Assembly (NCBI RefSeq): GCF_000002075.1
Contig: NW_004797315.1
Span: 346,733-410,584, forward strand
Reading direction: 5' to 3'
Origin: Aplysia californica
Lineage: Eukaryota
DNA: 63,852 nucleotides
Shown here: positions 41,241 through 52,080 of the stretch, one piece after another
How positions within the stretch are numbered: the first letter of the stretch is position 1
Layout of the letters: each line of letters opens with the position of its first letter
The notes under the pieces: model-generated
The model's input: only the letters and a program-made list of their open reading frames with translations
The model's database searches: none
Told to the model about the DNA's origin: nothing
Position numbers and translations under genes: made by a program

Positions 41241-44200
41241 TATATATATAATATATATAATATATATATAGTCATGGACACAGTTGCTTCCACTCTACTG
41301 AGGGCCCGTGCTGTCAAATATTTTCTCACTGAACACTATTTGATGGTATATCATGTTATAAGGGAGTAGGTGTATTGTTTTGACTCTGTTACCATTAGGT
41401 TATTTTTAAGAGGCGGTTATGTTATAAATGTTATGTTAGTAATATTAGAAATATAACATTGTTCATTGTTTGAAAGAAAAACGTTTTTTTTCCACATCCA
41501 TCAAGTAAGATCAACTACAATTTTACAATATCCACAAGGTCCTTTTGGAAATCTCCAAAATCATTTTCAGTTCGATTTTTGTTATTTACAAAAGTGTCAT
41601 GGGCAGCTTTATTTGCTAGTAGTATTAAAAAGTCAGTTGGCAAAACATAGAAATGACATGCTGGAAAAAACAATTCTCTTTCACCCCCCCCCCCCCCCCA
41701 ATATTTTTTTATTCTCGCTGCCATCACCAAGATAAACTAAACAACACTTGATTTCCTCATTTCAGTATTTTTTCTTTGCCATTCACATTTTATCATTTAC
41801 AAATGTACACGTTTTGATCAAATGTGAGACATGATGACAAAATTTGTTACTTTTCCCAATCTACTACATGTAATGGAGTAATGGAGCAACATTGAGGCTA
41901 AATTTATAAATTTCAATTGATACCATTTTCTTCTAGTGTAACATGTTTTTATCATTTTATATTGATAAATTGTACAGATTCCACCTATAAATTCAGTGTA
42001 TCTATTTCCATGTATGGCTAAGTTCCCGGAAGTACCCTATTTTGTCAGCATGCCTCAATAATTATTTCTTTTAATAAGCTTTGATAAAAAAATCTCTCAA
42101 ATTCCCAGAGGGTAGTTAATGATAACAGTCAGCCATGGAGGAAGTGGTGTTTTTACCATTGCCAACATTGCCTTATGAGTACATGTTTTGATTTATCATT
42201 GATTGCATGCACAGCATGTTGTTGTGTGTGGGATACTTGAGATCTACTTACATCTGATTTTTTTAAAACAGGTGTTGAGATTTGAGGCACCAACACTGAT
42301 TTTACCAAATTTGATTCAATGTCTTTCCTTGGACTCTAGAGAAAAAAATGCGGAAAAGTAAATAATATGTTAAGTTATAGTTGGCCTACTCAAGGTTTAT
42401 TTGTTTATGAGGTTCCTAATGGAAGTCACGCAAAAAATTTCAGGAACCAAAGAATTGACGAATTTATCTTAATTAAAAAAAGGTCGTAGAAATACACATA
42501 GCATGTAGCAGCATTTTTTTAAATGCCCTTTTGACGAGAACAAATTCTTTTACTTACAATAGTGTACTTAAGGCTGGCTTAAATGTTACTCTCTTCACAT
42601 GTGATGTTTCCCCAAGATTGAGGCAGCCAAACAATATGTTATAATTGTGTTGATGAATCAAAGAAAATCTTAATGTTAACAACTTTTTTTTTACCTTGAC
42701 AAGTTTACACTTTTCTCTGATCTGAACACTACTATTAATGCTAAAATTGTGCATGCCATCATGTATAAAGATGTTTGGGTTTTTTTTCACCAGATTATTG
42801 TACGTGAGACATTTTTATACATGTACTTACTTCCAGATACGGTTGTGTTTTGGGTTGCTGTCTTAGCAAAACATTTTTACATAATTTATAGATCTATGTT
42901 TTTCTCCGCGCTTTACTTGGATTTTTGCCTTTTTTCCCTCTCGCCTCAGGATTTTGTCTTCTTTTGTGCTTTGCATTTCTGATTTAAGGGGTAGAATTTT
43001 CCTCTCTGTACAATAAATCTTTGCTGCTTCTCAGAAGGTACTGTGTTCGGACCTTCCTTTCATGATAATCAGACTATTGTACAGATACTGTATGTGTGTG
43101 TGTGTGTGTTTACTTCAACAGTCCAAGACAGCCACCCTCTGACGAGGAGAAAAGTGGTAGTCTTACACAGGTGGACGTCTCCAGTCTCCGACTGTGTGAT
43201 TATGATATTTTAATATTTTGAAAAGGTAAGCGGGGAAGTGGTGGTTTGTATTGGTAATTGTCTTAGACAGGTGGCCGTTAGAGTTAGAGCAGGTTTCATT
43301 GTACACTCTGGTTCTCAAGCCTTAAAAGTAATTCTACAAAAAATTAACTGCCGAGTAATAATAGAAAGAAGAAGAAAAAGTTTTAGACTAGAGCTACCTA
43401 ATACACAACTTGGCTTTGTTCCTGGATAGGGTAGGCCTACCCGAAAAGCTATATATTGTCACCTTGCCTTACTAAAGTAAAGTTAATGGAAAGATGCTCA
43501 GAGGCAAAGAAAGATCTACTTTAAAAAAAATGCTTTATTGAAAAAATCATGAACAGGCTTTTGATATGGTGAACTATTTAAAATTTTGGAAATGCAAGAG
43601 ATAGAAAGGCTTGAAAATTTATTAGGAATCTGTACTGGGACCAGAATATTGCATTGCGAATCTCAAGGGAAGTACAGCAAATATTAAAACAATTGAAGAG
43701 GACTACGGTAAGGCTATGTCATGTCACCAGACTTTTAAAACATGCACAGTGAAACAATTCTTAGCAGAAAGTCCATGTCTGAAGAAATTAAAAGAATAAC
43801 ATCAGATAATAATAGGTTGATGATAGTTTCAATACATGAAGCAGATTCAGAAAATTTGAGAAAATGACCCTCCTTTGCTTCTACTTCTAGATTTTGTTGA
43901 GACAAAATGGGAACGTAAGGGGTTATTTTCCAATGTGTAAAGAAAACTGAATGCTTGGTACAATGTAATATCTTTTTTTTAAAAAGGCAGTCAAATTCGT
44001 AATCTCATAATTTAAGATGAAAACAAATAAAATTAACATTCTAAAAAAGTAAGGGCTGTTTACAACAGTTTCATCAAAATGATTTAATTCCTGAAAGTAA
44101 AAAAATTTTAATGAAAACCAAAATACAAGTACTGTAGATCTAGGTTTTAAACAGCTATGTGTTGTCAACCCTTGCATAAAACTGAATGCTGGACAATCCC

Positions 44201-44691
44201 TATAGACGGTGAAAATAAATAAGAAGTGACAGAAACATGGTTACTTAGTCAGAGGAGACTGTCCACATAAGAAAAACAAATTGACCTTTCACCTGAATTT
44301 AAGCTGCACTGAATGAGCAAGTATTAAGTAAACATTACAAATGACCGCTTATATTCATACAATGCACATTGAGGACCTACAAATGAGATTAGACCAATGA
44401 CAACTGTGCTAAGGGCAAGCAAAGAAGAGGCAAAGAGAAATTAAGGGAAGACATTGCAAAATAATGAAAACATAAAATGCGACAGTGGTTTACAATTTCC
44501 TGAAGTAATTCTTCAAAAAGCAGAGACTGACAAAGATTGAGGCCTATTGTGGCATGGCAAGGGATGGGGGGGGGGGGGGGGGGGGCGCAACAGACGGACA
44601 TGGCCACAATGGCAGGTGAACTGGCAATGTGAAATTCCTGTCTGTACTAGAATTGATAAGAAATTAATACAATAAATCACATAATTTATAT

Positions 44692-44936
44692 GGTCACTTT
44701 TAAGGACAAGCGAGCTAATCTAGATTTCGGGGGTTTCCAGAAATCTTGACCTACACCAAAAGTGGGCATTGCCCTACCTATAGGAGAAGTTTGGTCACAT
44801 TGGTGTGTATATTTGCTTGGTTATAGAGAAAACTCTCCTTGTCTTTAAAAGAAACAGAACAAGGGGTAAAAACTTTATCTTCGGTTTTCTCAAAATATCA
44901 TTTTTCGGGATAGCCCAAGTGTACTTAAAAGCAACC
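44692..44936. mobile_element. MITE family D copy
   Basis: Homologous to 21084-21329. Confidence 0.8.
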
Positions 44937-45559
44937 ATAATAATAATATGTGGTCTGGGTAAAGGATGAAACAAAAGTTATCCAAAAAGTAGCAGCACAT
45001 AATGACGGTTTTGTTCAGGCTGTCCTGGCCGTCAGAGCGGGTGTTTACTTCAGTGCAGAGCGCCCGTTCTGTACCCTGAAGCTGCATGTTAGTGGTTCCT
45101 TTGGGGCCAGGGGTTACTGAAATGTTGGCCACCGACTTGGGTGCAGGAGCTGTACCGAGTAGAAGTTGTTCCCGCATCTGACCCGGACATTGGGGACTGC
45201 CTTGTTAGCTTGAGACAACTTCATGGGCCTTCGACATACATATACATGTATTGTGGTAGGTGGCCAGTTCCTTTCCACACGCCGCATTTACTCCCCAACT
45301 CGAAGTCAGGTACCCATCACTGCTGGGAGATCCGTTTCTGACCTGTACAAATGTACCGAGTATCTGTGATGATTAAATCTAGCTCTAAAGGTCGTGGTGG
45401 TTTGTCCGGGGTGAGCCAGGCCCTGTAAATGGTTGACAGACAGCAGAGCACGGTCAGTCTTTTTCCAATCTACTTCTATCATTATCATCATCATTATAAA
45501 CAAGCTAAAAGTGTAAAACTAAGAAATACATTCACATATTTTTTTTATCTCCGTTTGTG

Positions 45560-46687
45560 TCATAATGCATCACTCGTGGGAAACAGCAATAGAAAAAGTT
45601 TCCGCCCTCTGTTCAGGTGAGGATAGTCCCCGATGAGAGCACCACGGAAATGTGCAGACGCATGGTCGACAGCGTCCGAAAGTTGCCTGGCACTTCGAGG
45701 GTAGAATTGTATCACAGCTTTCCCATTTGGCCTGAGCACTCTCCGCAACGATGAGAAAAACAAATCTAGTTGCTTATGTCTGTCTCCGTAAAACAACCAC
45801 TGGAGGAAAGAGATGCTCACAGCAATGTCAAACAAGTCTGAGCGAAAGGGAAGGCCATGTTTGATATCGTATCGAACAACGTCTGCAGCAGACGGTCTTG
45901 ACGCACTCTTGCCACAATAGATACATGCAGTGATACCCTTAGGTCCAGACACAGCAGAGTTTGATAGTCGTAAAGAATCACAACTACTACATGACGTCAT
46001 GTTTTCTCCATTGGCGGAGCGGCTGTGGAAATAGTTGGTAGAACCGGCGGTAGCTCTGCCCCCAGCTTCACACACAGGTTTTTGATAGGTGTAGAAAGTT
46101 GTTCTTGTGCGCTGGATATTTTGTCGACAGTTCACGAGGCTACCCTCATTTACATCAACACCAACACACACACCAGGACCTGCCATAGACATCAACGGCA
46201 CGGTACTGTGTCCATCTCCACATCCAATGTCTAAGACAAACTTATGGTTCTCAGACTGTGAAACATTTGAAGCTTTTCTTTCAGCTTCCGAGGTAAATGT
46301 CTCCAGAATCCCCCAGGCTGACATAACTAGTTCCGACTGAATGCTCTTTGTCCTGGTATGCCTCAAGGCTGACTCAGCATGTACCCTGTCGCTCATGATC
46401 CCATCACCCTGTGCTAACAATTCTGGACGTCTCTGAAATCCTCCTTTCAAATTTTTCACCTTGAATTGACTTACATTATCACTGAATTTGAACTCATAAG
46501 GAATATACAAGGCGTTGTTTTGGGTGTTTTTAAATACAAACACTCTGCGATCTTGCTTGTGAATTGATGCATAGTGTTTTTTACCTCGAACTATCACTTT
46601 CATCCATCTCACATATATTTCTTGGACACAGTCTCTCTTTTGGCACAGTGTGTGGAAAGGATTCAGGAATAGATGACAACTCTTCAT
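45560..46687 (-). CDS. BUD23: BUD23/WBSCR22-family class I SAM-dependent methyltransferase, divergent probable paralogue, 375 aa, single coding exon
   Basis: Motifs RRPE, IQ, VLDIGCGDG (motif I), VGVDV, D...GLPFR...FD..VSISFLQWL, FFSSL..VL, AVIQFYP and DYP...RKLFLLLF follow the BUD23 order; acceptor TTTTGCAG and an in-frame TAA lie just upstream of the ATG. Confidence 0.88.
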   Translation of the reverse strand: MKSCHLFLNPFHTLCQKRDCVQEIYVRWMKVIVRGKKHYASIHKQDRRVFVFKNTQNNALYIPYEFKFSDNVSQFKVKNLKGGFQRRPELLAQGDGIMSDRVHAESALRHTRTKSIQSELVMSAWGILETFTSEAERKASNVSQSENHKFVLDIGCGDGHSTVPLMSMAGPGVCVGVDVNEGSLVNCRQNIQRTRTTFYTYQKPVCEAGGRATAGSTNYFHSRSANGENMTSCSSCDSLRLSNSAVSGPKGITACIYCGKSASRPSAADVVRYDIKHGLPFRSDLFDIAVSISFLQWLFYGDRHKQLDLFFSSLRRVLRPNGKAVIQFYPRSARQLSDAVDHASAHFRGALIGDYPHLNRGRKLFLLLFPTSDAL

Positions 46688-48210
46688 CTCTTAATTCTGC
46701 AAAACAGATCAATTCAAAGGCAAATCAGTGACATTGGTAGACATTCTAAGCAGACTCTAAACACAAAATGTAAATGAAAATGTGTTTTTTTTCTTAAGAA
46801 ACATCAAAATAATATTTAAAAATTGTTAGCAAGAAGCTAGACGCCACTCCCCACAAGGAGATACAGTATAACACGGATAGGTCGAACACAGAAGACTTGA
46901 AATAACACATTCATAGAGCTGTGCATACAGTCCTGTTTTTTTTTTTTCTTCTTTATCTTTTTAAGATATCCTTCGAACTACGGATCCCTTGCGCTCGAAC
47001 TACCGAGGTCGGTCCAGATGAATTCGAGCTATCTGTGTTATACAGTATTCAGAACAAGCTCGCTTTCTGTGACAACTAGCAATATGCCCAAACTGTACAA
47101 CTACAATTATAAAGTAGGCAAGTAAAATTGTTCTACAAACTAAACTTGCAAAGAATATTCAGATAACAAACTATTGTAACAAAATGCCAATATTTGTATT
47201 ACAGGAATTGCAAACAATCTTTCTGCCTGTGGCCTATGTCTTATAATTATACGACAGATGACAGCTAGGAGCATAGATTTGTAAACTGTAGTAGACATAT
47301 TTTGCAAAATTAAAGTAAAAATAAATGTGATTATGTGCACACAGGAATGTCTTGTGTTGTGTATGAATTAAGTATTATACTATTTGAGCAGCGAGAAAAG
47401 GACTCCTATGGAAAAAAGAGAACTAAAGGATGGCAGAATTTATAAAGGCACTTACTTACATTTCCAAATACAAATTATAAAAATATGCTGAAAATTCATG
47501 CAACATAGATTACCAAGTGATGTAAGAAGCAACAAAAGTGAGAAAATCTTCTCTAGGAAATTCCAGTTTGGACAGTATTCTAACCCCCACCCCCTTTCCA
47601 CCTTCTAAACCTCACCCCAAATTTCTATAAATAGGCCCCAGGATAGTATGACAAACATGCTTCTGTATTGTAAATTAGAAGACCTAGTGAAACAGTTAGG
47701 TATTTGGATGATGCAATCATCAGACAATCTGATCCTGAACCTGGTTCTCAGGTAAGGTAGTGATTATCTCCCTTTGTGCACCTGGTTTCTACTCAGCAGA
47801 CAAAAAAAACAAAACAAAAAATCATGGTAGTAGCTAGCCTACATGAGCATGCAGTCATGCAGCAACTTTTTTCAACAGCTGTCCCCATTTGTGTGATTTT
47901 TAAAAATTCAGGTGTCAACCTGGGCCCAATCTTTGTTGGGCACAATAATTTTTATGGGGCCTGCAGGGGAACCATGTTTTCTTAAAGGACTAGACTATTT
48001 AAAGAATAATAGATTATAATTATAATTTTAATGTGTCCTCTTTGGCAGTCTGAAGAAAAGGCCAGAGATAAGGGATGATACAGATTATTCAAAATGAACA
48101 ACCTCCAAGTTAGCAACTGGAGTTCGGAAGAGAAGGTTAGAGGTCAGAATTCTGGACAAAGTTCTTGTCAGGTTATTTTGATACATATACATTGTAATTC
48201 TATCCTCTCT

Positions 48211-48344
48211 NNNNNNNNNNNNNNNNNNNNNNNNNNNNNNNNNNNNNNNNNNNNNNNNNNNNNNNNNNNNNNNNNNNNNNNNNNNNNNNNNNNNNNNNNN
48301 NNNNNNNNNNNNNNNNNNNNNNNNNNNNNNNNNNNNNNNNNNNN
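48211..48344. other. Assembly gap
   Basis: Run of N. Confidence 1.
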
Positions 48345-48665
48345 ATCAGAGATGATACAACATATCAAAAATCCAAAGTAGACTCCACCCCCAAAAAAAT
48401 TGCTGCATAAATGTTCAAATGTATACACTACTACAATACTTAGACTATGTATAGCCTTAGGCCTATATATTTAATTTAACAATAAAAATGTAATAATCAT
48501 TTTCATTTAATCATTAGTATAGTAGGCTATTTAGCAAGTTAGGTCCATATATAGGCCTACTGATCCTGCTCAGACTACATGCAAGAAATATCTAATCTTT
48601 TTCAAGAGCTTCCCTAAACATACGGATTTCAGAGAACTACATTTTTTTTCCTCCAAAGATAATTA

Positions 48666-48850
48666 GTGGGTGGTTGGCAGGTGCTCTGGCTCTGGTGTGG
48701 TTTGCTTCTTCTTTCCTAGCAAACATCTGTCGTCCACCCGCCCTTCTTGTTTTTTATGTTTGTTACTCTCTTGTAACACCTCTAATCTTTTGGCGCTCAT
48801 ATGACCTTATGCAGTTGCGAGCGTAGTAAAACCTCTACTAAAACAAACAA
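48666..48850 (+). mobile_element. S1 retroposon copy
   Basis: Matches the consensus; TSD-like AAAGATAAT flanks. Confidence 0.85.
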
Positions 48851-49124
48851 AAAGATAATAAAATAAAAAGTTATAATTAATTTAATAGAAATGTGAAATA
48901 ACCTAACCACGAACTCGAGCAATTGACGGCGTGAAGAAAATTTCACACGTTTCACTCCGTTCAGATTGATCCTTACAAAAAAGTGGAGAGCTATTTGACT
49001 GTTCAAGAGGGTACATTATTTAAATCTGTCACTGATTCTCTTATTTTTTCTTCAATTGTTTATTTCTCCAACAAGCCAATGCCGGTTATCCTCTATTTCA
49101 TCATATTTTCTACTTGAGATGGAA

Positions 49125-49440
49125 GCCGCCATGATAATTTATAAAAAGTTTTATCGGACATAAGTATACGACTCTCTACGTTCAACACAACGATATTTTG
49201 ATTGTGAAGAATAAAATATTGAGTTCATACTCTTGATATGATTTATTTACCTACATTAAGGTGAAATCTATTCCCATTTTTTCTTATTGACTAGTTATTC
49301 TCTGCCTTAACGATGAAAGTATCAAGTTTAGAGTCATTAGTTATCCTGTCTCAATTTTTAAACAGCATTGAATGAATGCGGAACAGTGTATCACAGTACA
49401 TACAGTGTAGTTGTAGTGTGAGTCTGCTGCAATCATGGCG
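49125..49440. promoter_or_regulatory. Candidate bidirectional promoter shared by the methyltransferase (-) and HARS (+)
   Basis: Divergent YY1-like CATGGCG motifs at 49125-49133 (-) and 49434-49440 (+), about 300 bp apart; candidate - strand donor GTTAGG near 48907. Confidence 0.5.
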
Positions 49441-49527
49441 GATAACGATAAGAAATTACAGGAAAAGATAAAGAGTCAGGGTGAACTCGTGAGAAAATTG
49501 AAAGCTGATGGTGCTGATAAAGCGAAG
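49435..49527 (+). CDS. HARS: First coding exon (WHEP domain helix 1) of an aminoacyl-tRNA synthetase, most likely cytosolic HisRS
   Basis: MADNDKKLQEKIKSQGELVRKLKADGADKAK|GTAG; QG.LVR.LK is the WHEP signature; length and phase-0 intron position fit HisRS exon 1; WARS or GARS are less likely alternatives. Confidence 0.8.
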
Positions 49528-49779
49528 GTAGAGTATAGTTCACCTTTCATTAGTCTGGAATGTTTAATCGACTGTATCTCTCTTTGTTTACGTGTAATGT
49601 AGCAGACCAGTAGTTTGATTCAGTCTGGCAGCTGTCACTCTCTCTCTGGCCTCTGCTGTCACATTTTTGTCGTCATTCTCTAAACAAATTTTTGACTTGG
49701 GAAGTTGAAGGAATCTCACTTTAGTACCTGTCTTTAGAGCTGTCCTTATTTTTCCATGAATGTAGTAGTCCCCTGGCAC

Positions 49780-52080
49780 ATGACCTTCTCACCGCGGGTG
49801 AGAATAGCCTTTATAGCGCAGGTGAGCCTTTTTTTGGCTATTCTCACTCGGTGTGCGTCACCGTGTTAGGCCAACCAGTGCAACGTTCACCGTGAACATA
49901 TGTACCAGTGCTCTTGTGTTGAAAGCGTGCAGTTTTGTCTCTGGGCAGTGAGAGAGAAAGAGAGGGGAAGGGGAGAAAGAGAGAGAGAAGAGGAGTGGCG
50001 AGAACTTCCGGGCAAAGCAAAATGGCGACCCATGTAGTTCGGCTCGTTTCGAAAAGTGAAACAATCGTAGCATCTTTGTAGACGACCAAATTAATATTAT
50101 TTTGTGCTATAACATCATTTTTTTCTTTGTTTTTGCTAATTTGATCTCATCCACACTGACAATTTATTCAGAAATTTATGAAAAACAGGTCTTGTTTCCA
50201 GGGTTCCCGCGGCCTCCTTGAATTCAAGGAGTCCTTGAAAACTGCTTGAATTTGCATTCAAGGAAAAATATCCTTAAAAACTCCTTGAATTTGCTCTCAA
50301 GGAAAAATCTCCTTGAAAACTCCTTGAATTTTGCCAGATCGGACAGGAACACGTGTACAGGGTGACTGCCAAGCACCGGGAATCCCGGGGGCCCCTGGAA
50401 TTACCCGGTCATATGAAAAAAATCGATGAGACCCGGAATGCAGCGGGAATTTGAAGAAATCTGTAAATCGCCCCGGGAAAATACATAAACGTTCTCGAAT
50501 ATTTGAAAACGAAATCCGATATCGTCCTTGAGTTCATTTTTGCCGGTCGCGACTGTGATATAATTCATCCGGCCTATCCCGGCCCGAGAGTACATTACAG
50601 GTGGTTATGGCGGCAACAAGTGGAAGTGTATGTGCGACGTGCGATACCGAAGTTCAATCGGGAAAAATCAAGATCTACTTTCGCTTTCGTTACCACCTAG
50701 AAATTTGCCGGTAGGACTTATAGTAGTCTGATAGCGCAACATTTGTAACATGCAGGTTCTGCATTACAAACGCTGTGTCGCCATGAAAATAAATCGTTTG
50801 TCCTGTGCTGTCACTTGTGGAAAGAAAAAAAAGGTTATACAAGCTTCTTGTCGGGCTCGCCATCGTGACCGGTCATTGAACCTGTGCATTTTTTTTTGGG
50901 TCACATCGTGAGTATCGCGATGGTTGAGGTCCCCAAAGTTCCTGCAAAGTCTGAGCGCTGCGAGTATAGGACTCAGGAATGGGGGGATTATTGATTTTTT
51001 TTAAAAGTCGCACGCTGGGGAAAGGGGGGATGACAAAAACTAAACTTGGAAGCAGATTTTACTTTTCAGAATTTTGATTACTACGATCTAGATCTAGAGC
51101 TCTCTGCAATGCGCGCGTTGGTGCAGGCCTTGTATGGAATCGGGATCTGTCGTACTCAAACCTTGTAAGCCATGTGTTTGTAACTATAGGGTTACCATTT
51201 CATTGGGTAGAGGTGATAGTAAATTATTATATGTATTGTATTCCATATTTGAGCTTTCTGTTCAAGATTTTCAGTGTCACTGCATCTTGCCCTTCCACAG
51301 TTTTTACACCTCTCACACTGAATAGGTCTACTTGAGACGTTCATGTTATTACTCTACTTTAAATAGTTAGAGTAATAAGTTTTATCTTTCACGTTTATTG
51401 TATAAACCTTGACACCCAAACTGGTTCTTGACAATGGATATTCTGGTTCTAGGCCTTTTCTCAGGCTCAAAGCAAGATTCATTTTTATATATAGTTTAAT
51501 ATAGGGGGAATATGATGAGGGGAAAATATAAATATAAACTAAGTAAGAACTGACTGAAATACCTAAGTCACAGTATTCCAGTGCCACACTGCTGACATGT
51601 TGCTGACTGGAATGTACCTACATGCGTGCGTGCACACCATTCTGTGTGTATATATATTAATATATAAATATATAAATGAAGCATGCACTGTCATTGTTAT
51701 GTAACATGCCCCTGGAGAATGGATGAGGCGCCCCCCCCCCACCCCACCGGAAAATTGAGAAGCCGGGTTGGCAGTCACCCTGCGAACAGTTTTTGTAGGG
51801 AAATCGAAACTATGATATGATTCTTTTCGGACAAGTGTAGACCTTCGAAAATAGGCTTTTGTTATGAATTTCTTGACCAAATCTCCTTGAATTTTGAAAT
51901 TTTCTCCTTGAAACCTCCTTGAAATCTCCTTGAAATCTCCTTGAATTTGGTGGGAAGTTCATGGCAGGAACCCTGTGTTTCACACCGGGTGAGAAAAGCC
52001 AGTGCCGACAAGGTCACAAGTCTCACCCGGGGTGAGAAGTCGCTTTATTTTTATTCTCACCCAGGGTGAGAAAAGCGACT
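49780..52080. repeat. Older element with TCTCACC...GGTGAGA palindromes, split by the hAT-like insertion
   Basis: Palindromes at about 49786, 52021 and 52054, with half sites at 49841 and 51987. Confidence 0.45.
50199..51975. mobile_element. Non-autonomous hAT-like DNA transposon with 6-bp TSD
   Basis: CAGGGTTCC...GGAACCCTG termini, TGTTTC on both sides, multiple subterminal TCCTTGAA repeats. Confidence 0.82.

Noticed and set aside
44890-45177. ANISVTPGP as a 2A-like NPGP motif in a - strand ORF
   Set aside because: It lacks the D-x-E-x-NPGP consensus, no endonuclease or RT follows, and the ORF runs into a MITE.
50003-50030. ACTTCCGG plus AAAATGGCG (ETS/YY1-like) as another promoter
   Set aside because: It lies inside a repeat-like element with no linked exon or donor that I could identify.
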